Shown: one piece after another, positions 26,703 to 34,366 of the stretch
How positions within the stretch are numbered: position 1 is the stretch's first letter
How the letters are laid out: every line of letters begins with the position of its first letter
Origin: Solirubrobacterales bacterium
GTDB taxonomy: Bacteria > Actinomycetota > Thermoleophilia > Solirubrobacterales > 70-9
Direction: 5' to 3'
DNA: 64,000 nt
Assembly (NCBI GenBank): GCA_045805745.1
Contig: JBJMKP010000001.1
Span: forward strand, 86,054-150,053
Translations under genes and position numbers: made by a program
Notes under the pieces: generated by a model
What the model saw: the letters and a program-made list of their open reading frames with translations, nothing else
The model's database searches: none
What the model was told of the DNA's origin: nothing

Positions 26703-28093
26703 GCTCCCACCCCTTCCTCGTCAGTCTCCATGTCCTCCTCGGCGGCCTGAGCTTCGTAGGCGCTCTCGATGATCTTCTCGCGTTCGGTGTCGATCCATTG
26801 CTCGATCTCCTCGCGCTGTTCTGCTGGTGCGAAAACGTATTCGTCGCGGGAGACGGGAAGATTGGCAAGCACCGAGGACAGCGAAATCGCAGGGACGCTG
26901 CTGCCATCGCGATCAAGGACAGGGAAATCAGCATCGCCCCGCTTAGGGCTGCCTCCATACCGAATGTTTCGCTCTCCAAATGCCTCTTCGGCAGCGCGAT
27001 AAATCGCATTGACCTCGAAGGAGCTGTCTTCGGGTCGGCGCTGGTAGACCACTCGGAAATGATCCCGCTCCAGGATTCTCCGAGCTGAATCGTGTCCCGG
27101 GGCACCTCGGTCTTTGGCTGCACTTCGCATTGCGCTCGTGACCTCTGCATCGGTCAACGCAAGGTGGCCACTGACTTCGATCGGAAATTGACCACCCTCT
27201 AGCCACGCCCCTAAGAAATCCTTCAAATGAAGGTCATAGATGAGGCGGGTGGGATGGAAATAGACCTGACTGAACATAAAGTAGCGGGCGAGCCAAAGAC
27301 CCTCGGCGGACTCGATGCCTCCTCGCTCAATACCTAGCTGGGGCTCCCGCTTCGCTTCGTTTTGCTCACCGCCAGCCTCGGTCGTGGCCGCAGGGAGGAT
27401 GCGAAGGGTTTGAATCAAGCGATGGTGGTCGAAGCGACCGTATGCCACGCCGGTATGGACGCTGTCGCGCAGGAGATAGTCGATCCGATCGGCGCCAAAG
27501 GAGTCCCCAACAAGCATCTCGGCGAGGATGGCCTCCCAAGGCGAAAAGGTCAGGTCACCCCCCAATTTCTCGAGCTTCCGTGGTCCGAGGGCGATCTTGG
27601 CTATGTCCTCAGGGTCAGGCTTATGCGGCATCAAACGCCAAAGCGCTCGCATCTCCTCGGAGCGCAGGATCTCGTAGGTCATCCGCTCGTGGTCATAGCC
27701 CGCGGGCAAGAGCTCATCCTCCGCCGCATGCGAGAAGGGAAGGTGACCCAAGTCATGACAGAGAGCTGCCAGACGAAGAAGCGAGCGCGATACCTGGTCC
27801 TCAAGGCTGTTCTTCTGAGGCAGGACATCTCTGACCTCGTCGGTCACCTTGTCGAGTCGGGTTACGGTGTCGTAGATGCGGCCGACCAGCTCCATTACGC
27901 CCAGTGAGTGCTCGAAGCGGCGGTGGGAGGCACCGGGGTAGACGAGATAGGAGAGGGCGAGCTGATGAATATTTCGCAGCCGTTGAAATGGCTGCGAATC
28001 GATCACCTTCTTCTCGGAGGGATCGAAGGCGATGAAGTTATGGACTGCGTCTCGGATCTCGGGATGCTTTTTAGACACCGGGGCGCAATCCAA
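26699..28093 (-). CDS. SAMHD1-like HD-domain (d)NTP triphosphohydrolase family protein (COG1078 type)
   Basis: FQRLRNIHQL, HRRFEHSLGV, LCHDLGHLPFSH and GADRIDYLLRDS. TTG start at 28093 after AGGAGA; the alternative is GTG at 28078. The track's longer start at 28201 is unlikely. Confidence 0.85.
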   Translation of the reverse strand: MDCAPVSKKHPEIRDAVHNFIAFDPSEKKVIDSQPFQRLRNIHQLALSYLVYPGASHRRFEHSLGVMELVGRIYDTVTRLDKVTDEVRDVLPQKNSLEDQVSRSLLRLAALCHDLGHLPFSHAAEDELLPAGYDHERMTYEILRSEEMRALWRLMPHKPDPEDIAKIALGPRKLEKLGGDLTFSPWEAILAEMLVGDSFGADRIDYLLRDSVHTGVAYGRFDHHRLIQTLRILPAATTEAGGEQNEAKREPQLGIERGGIESAEGLWLARYFMFSQVYFHPTRLIYDLHLKDFLGAWLEGGQFPIEVSGHLALTDAEVTSAMRSAAKDRGAPGHDSARRILERDHFRVVYQRRPEDSSFEVNAIYRAAEEAFGERNIRYGGSPKRGDADFPVLDRDGSSVPAISLSSVLANLPVSRDEYVFAPAEQREEIEQWIDTEREKIIESAYEAQAAEEDMETDEEGVGA

Positions 28094-28268
28094 GCATCTC
28101 CTGCGGTCTGAGACATTTGCGGCACTTCTCAGGTTTCTGTGGATCCCGCCCACTAAAACTGGACTTTGCCGTCGAATACGAACATACGTTCCCATCCTCA
28201 AAGAATGACGGGCGCATCGGACGGGAAAAGCTTCTCAAGACATCCGGTGAGACCGTCATTGTTGCTGC

Positions 28269-29522
28269 TTGGTGATGTCACCTGATCAAGCTAGTCCCAT
28301 GGAGAGCCTGCCGTCTCCCCATCCTTCGCCTGGAAATGGGCAGTTTCTTCCTCGGCTGGGCTACGGCCAGCAGGGCTTGGTTGGCGTACTTGAGGCTCGG
28401 GGGATTCGGACCACCGTGGCGCCGCTCTACTTTTTGCGGGATAACCCCGAGCTCACGCTGATTCCGAACGGGCGAAAGATGGGGACCGTGCTCGATCCCT
28501 ATACCCAGCTCAGGCAGGTGGCGTGGGCTGAGCGCCCAAGCGCCTTTCGGGCTCTTAGCTTCGGAAACGACCCCGAACCTTACGAGCCCGATTCGGCCCG
28601 ACTATCTGACGAGGAGATCTTGCACCTCGCGGTTGATCCCATTAACGAGGCCAGAGGTCGCGGTGGGACTCTTCTTCTTACGACCTCCCATCGGGCTGGC
28701 GGAGTGGGAACCCGTGGACGCGATGTGGAGCTGCTGCTGGCTGAGCTCGGCCTCACTCACTTCGAGGCTGAGGGAATGCGCGAGCCGCCGCCCTTTGCGG
28801 CTGTCGACGTTGCGCGCGAGATCTACGTTGCTCTGGCGGTGCACGTGCGCGATCTCGCTTCTCCGAGTGCTCGTAGCGCCCTTGCTGAGGCCTATCTTGC
28901 CCTTGAGTCCCAAGGCCTCTGGGTCAAGATCGAGGGCTTTCACGAGCGATCCTCGCCCGAACAGATTCGAAATGGCGCCTCCTTCCTGAGTGCTTTGCGG
29001 GAGGGAGGAAAGTCGGTCGTATCTTGTGGATCAGGGCAGCTACACCTTGGCTTACTTGCTGATGATTTCTCGGTGAGTATCGGCCTCGCTGAGAATGAGC
29101 GCTTCCGCGTGCCGGCTCCCTGGCGTAGGACCAACCAGGAAGGCAAAGCCCGCGGGCGCACCCGGATGGCTTATCACCCGAAGTTTCATCGGTCGTTTCG
29201 GGTTGGAAGCGACGATGCCAGAAGAGCTTTCACCGCCGCTCCATGTGAGTGTGAACTTCACGTCGCCTCGACTCCGCCGGACGGGCAGAATGTCGCCCAG
29301 CATGCGGCCATCCTGCGGGCTGAACAAGCCCGCGAGGCCCTGGAAGGAGAAAAAGGTGATCGACGGGAGTGGGTGCTGGCCTCCTCCACGATGGCCTCTT
29401 GGGCGGCCGCGGATGCCGAGTTACCGACTGAGAGGTTTTCGGCGACCGCTAGCTATGAAGCTCTCTTTGCTGGGCTGGATGCAGGCGATGGTCTCGCTGC
29501 TAGCGAGCAAGCCGACTTCTAG
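28269..29522 (+). CDS. orphan 417-aa protein (possible TIM-barrel; CxCxxH...H motif)
   Basis: Long ORF with coding-like composition in the islet. TTG-GTG-ATG start cluster at 28269..28277. No family recognised. Confidence 0.65.
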   Translation: MVMSPDQASPMESLPSPHPSPGNGQFLPRLGYGQQGLVGVLEARGIRTTVAPLYFLRDNPELTLIPNGRKMGTVLDPYTQLRQVAWAERPSAFRALSFGNDPEPYEPDSARLSDEEILHLAVDPINEARGRGGTLLLTTSHRAGGVGTRGRDVELLLAELGLTHFEAEGMREPPPFAAVDVAREIYVALAVHVRDLASPSARSALAEAYLALESQGLWVKIEGFHERSSPEQIRNGASFLSALREGGKSVVSCGSGQLHLGLLADDFSVSIGLAENERFRVPAPWRRTNQEGKARGRTRMAYHPKFHRSFRVGSDDARRAFTAAPCECELHVASTPPDGQNVAQHAAILRAEQAREALEGEKGDRREWVLASSTMASWAAADAELPTERFSATASYEALFAGLDAGDGLAASEQADF

Positions 29523-30070
29523 TTCTCGAGCAGCAGCCGTTCGAGTACCCACTCGCTCATGGTTTGGCCGGCACCAACGGCTGCGACCTCCCAGGCGATG
29601 GCTTGCTCTAGCGGCACTTGATCGATCAACTCCTCAACATTAGAGGCGCCACATCTCGGGACGAGACGGACCGGAATAGCGACGCTGCGCGGAGCTTGCA
29701 ACACCTTGCGGTGCGCGTGACGTCCCACCGTGATCGATCGGAGATAGCGGGCGCTCGCCTCTGGTAGCGCAGTGCCCACGGATACCCAGGGGTGACTTAG
29801 TTCGCGAAGTTGTGGCAGGCGCGTTTTGAGTTGCCCCGCCTCCAGAGCAAGGGATGCCGCGACATCGACGGCAAGGCCCACGCTCGCAGCCCGTTTTGCC
29901 AAGGCCTGAGCAGTGGGAGCCGAGAGCGGCAATGCCTCATGTAGCTCGCCAGGTCGCCGCGGCGTTTCGGCATCCAACAAATCCTCGGGAGCGGGCAGAG
30001 GTGGAAGGGGATCGCTACGCAGAAGCCGTAACGCTCGGGCTGGATCGCGAGGCTTTATGGCTGCTGCCAT
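29519..30070 (-). CDS. orphan 183-aa protein
   Basis: ATG at 30070 (MAAAIKPRD). Minus-strand TATACT lies 7 nt upstream, so apparently leaderless. The stop overlaps the stop of the convergent gene (CTAG). Confidence 0.55.
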   Translation of the reverse strand: MAAAIKPRDPARALRLLRSDPLPPLPAPEDLLDAETPRRPGELHEALPLSAPTAQALAKRAASVGLAVDVAASLALEAGQLKTRLPQLRELSHPWVSVGTALPEASARYLRSITVGRHAHRKVLQAPRSVAIPVRLVPRCGASNVEELIDQVPLEQAIAWEVAAVGAGQTMSEWVLERLLLEN

Positions 30071-30099
30071 TCTAATAAGTATACCAGTATATTTATACA
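30071..30099. promoter_or_regulatory. 29-nt AT-rich divergent switch region with back-to-back -10-like boxes
   Basis: TCTAATAAGTATACCAGTATATTTATACA. TATATT lies 6 nt before the plus ATG, and TATACT (minus strand) lies 7 nt before the minus ATG. Confidence 0.55.
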
Positions 30100-30357
30100 A
30101 TGGCACGTAAGCCTTTGACGGATGAGCAGCGAGCGGAGGGTGCCCGGATTTCGGCCCATCTGCGGGAGACGCGGAGGTCGCTCGGGAGAGAGCAGGTCGA
30201 GATCGCGCGAGGTGCCGGCGTTTCGGTGGACGAGTTACGTGCGATCGAGGGACGACGGGTAGCAACGCCCTCCTTTGTCGTAATCGCCCGCCTGGCAAGG
30301 GAGCTGGAATTGGGGCTTGACCCCTTTGCTCGTGAGGTGCTTCGGTCGGATGACTAG
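30100..30357 (+). CDS. XRE/Cro-family helix-turn-helix protein
   Basis: RETRRSLGREQVEIARGAGVSVDELRAIEGRRVATPSFVVIARLAREL. Confidence 0.8.
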   Translation: MARKPLTDEQRAEGARISAHLRETRRSLGREQVEIARGAGVSVDELRAIEGRRVATPSFVVIARLARELELGLDPFAREVLRSDD

Positions 30358-30426
30358 CTAGGTCGGCGCTCAGCCGGGTTTCACTGAAGCTGCTCGATTT
30401 GAGCCTCCGCGGATTACGCTGACGCG

Positions 30427-31566
30427 GTGCGCTTTCGCCCACAGCTGGACATAGGTGCCGAGGCTCCGGCGGCTGGCTGGGGATGGGTAGCGACGGTGGG
30501 GGTCGTCGGGACGGCGACGTTGGCCGTCTATCCGCTGAAGTCGGTGGCGCCGGTGGTGTCTTTGGGGGTCGTCTACATCCCTGGGGTGCTGCTGGTCTCG
30601 AGCTTGTGGGCTTGGCGGCTTGGGCTGGTGGCGGCGGTGGCGAGCGCCTTGGCCTTCAACTGGTTCCACCTGCCGCCGACGGGGGAGTTCGGGATCGCTG
30701 CCGACAAGGATGCGGTGGCCTTGGTGGTGTTTGTGATCGTCGCTCTCGCTAGCAGCTCGCTGGCCGAGGTCGCTCGGGCTCGGGCCGGGGAGGCGGAGCG
30801 GCGGCGGGAGGAGACCGAGCAGGTGCTGGCTCGCTTGCAGGAGCTGGCGGAGGAGCGGGACCGGATGGAAGGGGAGGCGATCGAGGCGGGCGCCCTGCGG
30901 CGCAGCGACGAGCTGAAGACGGCGCTGCTGCGCTCGGTCTCGCATGACCTGCGGACGCCGCTGACCTCGATCATCGCCGCGGGGACGGCGCTCGACTCTC
31001 CCACGCTGACCGAGGAGGAGCGCCATCAGCTGAGCGAGGCGGTGGTCGCCGAAGGGGGGAGGCTCTCGCGCCTGGTCGAGAACCTGCTCGACGTCTCGCG
31101 GCTGGAGTCCGGCTTGGCGGAACCGCGGCTGGAGCCGGTTGACCTGGCCGGTGTTCTGGGGGCGGCTCGGGAGTCCCTCGGCGAGGACGCCGCTGCGGTC
31201 AGGCTCGGGATCGACGCCGAGATCTCCGCCCTCACCGCCGACCCGGTCCAGCTCGAGCGTGCCTTCGCCAACCTTCTCGCCAACGCGGTCCGCCACGGCG
31301 GCGGGCAGCCGGTCCTGGTCCGCGCCCGCGAGGTCGGCGGCCGCCTCGTCGTCCGCATCGTCGACCGCGGCCCTGGGGTCCCGGAGCCGGAGCGGAAGCG
31401 GATCTTCGAACCCTTCTACCGCCGCGACGACGGCGGCGGCTCCGGCCTCGGCCTCTCGATCGCGCGCGGCTTCATCGAGGCCAGCGGCGGCGAGATCGCG
31501 GTCGAGAGCGTGCCCGGCCAGGGCAGCACCTTCGTCGTCTCCTTCCCGCTCGGGGGGGAGCGGTGA
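30427..31566 (+). CDS. KdpD-family sensor histidine kinase lacking the N-terminal KdpD/Usp sensor domains (DUF4118-HisKA-HATPase)
   Basis: DUF4118-like TM block (FNWFHLPP), H-box SVSHDLRTPLTSI, N-box NLLANAVRHG, G-box GSGLGLSIARG. In-frame stop at 30400. Confidence 0.88.
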   Translation: MRFRPQLDIGAEAPAAGWGWVATVGVVGTATLAVYPLKSVAPVVSLGVVYIPGVLLVSSLWAWRLGLVAAVASALAFNWFHLPPTGEFGIAADKDAVALVVFVIVALASSSLAEVARARAGEAERRREETEQVLARLQELAEERDRMEGEAIEAGALRRSDELKTALLRSVSHDLRTPLTSIIAAGTALDSPTLTEEERHQLSEAVVAEGGRLSRLVENLLDVSRLESGLAEPRLEPVDLAGVLGAARESLGEDAAAVRLGIDAEISALTADPVQLERAFANLLANAVRHGGGQPVLVRAREVGGRLVVRIVDRGPGVPEPERKRIFEPFYRRDDGGGSGLGLSIARGFIEASGGEIAVESVPGQGSTFVVSFPLGGER

Positions 31567-32243
31567 ACGACCAGCCCCGGATCCTCGTCTGCGACGACGA
31601 GCCGCAGATCGTCCGTGCCCTGCGGGTGATCCTCCGCGACGCCGGCTTCGAGGCGGTGCCCGCCGCCAGCGGCGAGGAGGCGCTCGACCTGGTGGCGGTG
31701 CGCCCACCCGAGGCGGCAGTCGTCGACCTGATGCTGCCCGACCTCGACGGGGTGGAGGTGACGCGGCGGATCCGGGAGTGGAGCGAGATGCCGATCATCG
31801 TCCTCTCGGCGATCGGCGACGAGGACAAGAAGGTCGAGGCGCTGGTTGCCGGCGCCGACGACTACGTGACCAAGCCGTTCGGGCCACGCGAGCTGGTGGC
31901 GCGGCTGGAAGCGGCCCTGCGCCGGGCGCGGCCGGAGACGGAGGAGCCGGCGATCGAGGTCGAGGGCCTGGAGATCGACCTCGCCGCCCGCCTGGTGCGC
32001 CGCGACGGCGAGGAGGTCCACCTGACGCCGACCGAGTTTGAGCTGCTCCGCGTCCTCGTCCGCAACCGCGGCCGGCTGATGACCCACCGGGCGCTGCTGG
32101 TCGAGGTCTGGGGGGTCGAGTACGAAGACGACCTGCAGGTGCTCCGCGCCCACATCGCCAACCTGCGCCGCAAGATCGAGCCGCCGGACGGCCCGCGCTT
32201 CATCCGGACGGACCCCGGAGTCGGCTACCGCTTCGCCGCCTGA
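31563..32243 (+). CDS. kdpE: OmpR-family response regulator, KdpE-like
   Basis: Closely parallels E. coli KdpE from memory: REWS.MPIIVLSA..DEDKKVEAL.AGADDYVTKPFG, EEVHLTPTEF, GVGYRF. GTGA overlap with the kinase gene. Confidence 0.85.
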   Translation: MNDQPRILVCDDEPQIVRALRVILRDAGFEAVPAASGEEALDLVAVRPPEAAVVDLMLPDLDGVEVTRRIREWSEMPIIVLSAIGDEDKKVEALVAGADDYVTKPFGPRELVARLEAALRRARPETEEPAIEVEGLEIDLAARLVRRDGEEVHLTPTEFELLRVLVRNRGRLMTHRALLVEVWGVEYEDDLQVLRAHIANLRRKIEPPDGPRFIRTDPGVGYRFAA

Positions 32244-32325
32244 GCTGGGGCGCCTTCACGAAATCTGTATACCCAGGCGCCCCCTCTTCATGCGGGCTTG
32301 ACGGGGGCGGGCGCATGATCGTCAG

Positions 32326-34296
32326 GTGTCCGTCTCCACCGTCAAAGAGCGACCTGGCCTTGGCGGCCTGCTGAGCCCGCGCCCGGCGCGACAGCGCACC
32401 CCCGGCCGCACCAGGGCGCAGGCCGCGCTCGCGCTGGGCGCCGCAGGCGTCGTCTTCGGCGACATCGGCACCAGTCCCCTTTATGCGGTGCAGACGGTCT
32501 TCAACCCCGCCGATCCGCACCCGGTGGCGGAGACCCGCGCCAGCGTCTACGGCGTCATCTCGCTGATCTTCTGGGCGGTGACGATTGTCGTCACGCTCAA
32601 GTACGTGCTGCTGGTGATGCGGGCCGACAACGAGGGGGAGGGCGGGATCATGGCCCTGATCACCCTGATCCAGCGCGATGGGCTGCCGGGTGGGCGCCGG
32701 ACCAAGGTCGTCCTCGCGGCACTCGGCGTCTTCGGCGCCTCGCTGTTCTTCGGCGACAGCATGATCACCCCGGCGATCTCGGTCCTCTCCGCGGTCGAAG
32801 GGCTGAAGGTGGTCGAGCCCTCGCTGGCGAGCCTGGTCGTGCCGCTGACGGCGGCGATCGTCGTCGTCCTCTTCGCCTCCCAGCGCTATGGGACGGCCGC
32901 GGTCGGCCGTCTGTTCGGCCCGGTGATGGTCATCTGGTTCCTCATCCTCGCCGCCTGCGGGCTGTCGGGAGTCGCCACCCACCCGGAAATCCTCGCCGCG
33001 CTCTCGCCCGCCTACGCCCTCGGGTTTCTGGTCGGCAACTTCGGCACCGCGTTCTTCGCCCTCGCCGCCGTGGTGCTGGTGATAACCGGGTCCGAGGCCG
33101 TCTACGCCGACATGGGGCACTTCGGCCGGCTGCCGATCGCCGCCGCCTGGCTGCTGCTGGTCTTCCCGGCGCTGATCCTCAACTACATGGGACAGGGGGC
33201 GGTCCTCCTCGACCAGGGCGCCAATGCCAGCGGCACCTTCTTCCTGCTGGTCCCGGAATGGGGCCGGGTGCCGATGGTCTTCTTCGCGACCGTCGCCACG
33301 GTGATCGCCTCCCAGGCGGTGATCACCGGCGCCTACTCGGTCGCCCACCAGGCGGTGCAGCTCGGCTACCTGCCGCGCCTGCGGGTCGTCTACACCTCGG
33401 CGAAGACGATGGGGCAGATCTACGTGCCCTGGATCAACTGGCTGCTGATGACGGCGGTCCTGGCGCTGGTCTTCGCCTTTCGCACCTCCGGGGCGCTCGC
33501 CTTCGCCTACGGGATGGCGGTGACCGGGACGATCACGATCACCACCCTGCTCTTCTTCTATCTCGTCCGTCACCAATGGGGGAAGCCGCTGTGGATGGTG
33601 ATCGCCGGCGCGTCCGCGTTCCTTGCCGTCGACCTGCTCTTCCTCGCCGCGAACCTGACCAAGCTCGCTCACGGCGCCTGGTTCCCGCTGCTGGTCGGGG
33701 TGATGCTCTTCGCGCTGCTGACCACCTGGCGGCGGGGGCGGCAGCTGGTCTCGGCGCGGCGCGAGCGCCAGGAAGGCTGCCTGCGGACCTTCGTCGAGGA
33801 GCTCCACCGGCGGCGGCCGCCGCTGCGGCGCACCCCCGGTACCGCCGTCTTTCTCAACCGCAACAAGGCGACGACGCCGCTGGCTCTGCGCGCCAACGTC
33901 GAGCACAACCAGATCCTCCATGAGCAGGTCGTGATCCTCTCGATCGAGACCTGGCCGGTTCCCGGCGTCGCGGGGGACGAGCGCTTCTCGGTCGACGACC
34001 TCGGCTACGGCGACGACGGCATCAGCCACATCAGCGCCCGCTTCGGCTACATGGAGCAGCCCGACGTTCCGGCCGCGATCCGCCAGGCAGCCGGGGTTCT
34101 GGCGCTCCCGATCGATGTCGACGAGGCCTCCTACTTCCTCTCGACGATCGAGTTGCGCGCCGGCGATGCCCCGGGGATGACCCGCTGGCGCAAGCGCCTC
34201 TTCCTCGCCAGCTCCCACGTCAGCGCCGACGCCGCCGACTACTTCGCCCTGCCGCGCGAACGCACGGTGATCATGGGGTCCGTGGTCGAAGTCTGA
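32326..34296 (+). CDS. kup: KUP/HAK/KT potassium uptake transporter
   Basis: GVVFGDIGTSPLY signature, 12-TM body and cytosolic C-terminal domain. Confidence 0.92.
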   Translation: MSVSTVKERPGLGGLLSPRPARQRTPGRTRAQAALALGAAGVVFGDIGTSPLYAVQTVFNPADPHPVAETRASVYGVISLIFWAVTIVVTLKYVLLVMRADNEGEGGIMALITLIQRDGLPGGRRTKVVLAALGVFGASLFFGDSMITPAISVLSAVEGLKVVEPSLASLVVPLTAAIVVVLFASQRYGTAAVGRLFGPVMVIWFLILAACGLSGVATHPEILAALSPAYALGFLVGNFGTAFFALAAVVLVITGSEAVYADMGHFGRLPIAAAWLLLVFPALILNYMGQGAVLLDQGANASGTFFLLVPEWGRVPMVFFATVATVIASQAVITGAYSVAHQAVQLGYLPRLRVVYTSAKTMGQIYVPWINWLLMTAVLALVFAFRTSGALAFAYGMAVTGTITITTLLFFYLVRHQWGKPLWMVIAGASAFLAVDLLFLAANLTKLAHGAWFPLLVGVMLFALLTTWRRGRQLVSARRERQEGCLRTFVEELHRRRPPLRRTPGTAVFLNRNKATTPLALRANVEHNQILHEQVVILSIETWPVPGVAGDERFSVDDLGYGDDGISHISARFGYMEQPDVPAAIRQAAGVLALPIDVDEASYFLSTIELRAGDAPGMTRWRKRLFLASSHVSADAADYFALPRERTVIMGSVVEV

Positions 34297-34366
34297 GACG
34301 GGACCCGGCCGGTTACGGCGGGCGGACGATCAAACGAAAAGGAATTCCTACCTTAAGGTTTCGTGC

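Larger units (their letters stand above)
26130..30426. other. lower-GC genomic islet adjacent to tRNA-His (no integrase seen)
   Basis: Hand counts of sample 60-nt lines give about 53-60% GC inside and about 70-73% in the flanks. All five genes inside are non-housekeeping. Confidence 0.65.

Noticed and set aside
28094-28201. Longer N-terminus of the HD protein (track start 28201)
   Set aside because: SAMHD1-like proteins begin just before the conserved (I/V)RD.VH motif. A TTG preceded by AGGAGA at 28093, or the GTG at 28078, fits better. The extension is basic and low-complexity.
26130-30426. Search for att-type direct repeats of the tRNA-His 3' end and for an integrase or transposase bounding the islet
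   Set aside because: By eye I found no convincing repeat of the tRNA 3' segment near 30360..30430 and no recombinase gene. I therefore do not call it a mobile element, only a compositional islet.
32244-32325. Possible c-di-AMP or K+-related riboswitch upstream of kup
   Set aside because: The gap is only 82 nt, too short for a ydaO-type element. It contains just an 8-bp GGGGCGCC/GGCGCCCC stem and a TTGACG box.
32200-34218. 672-aa minus-strand ORF
   Set aside because: It lies antisense to kup. It has R/G/D/E/P-rich composition and no membrane or enzymatic motifs.
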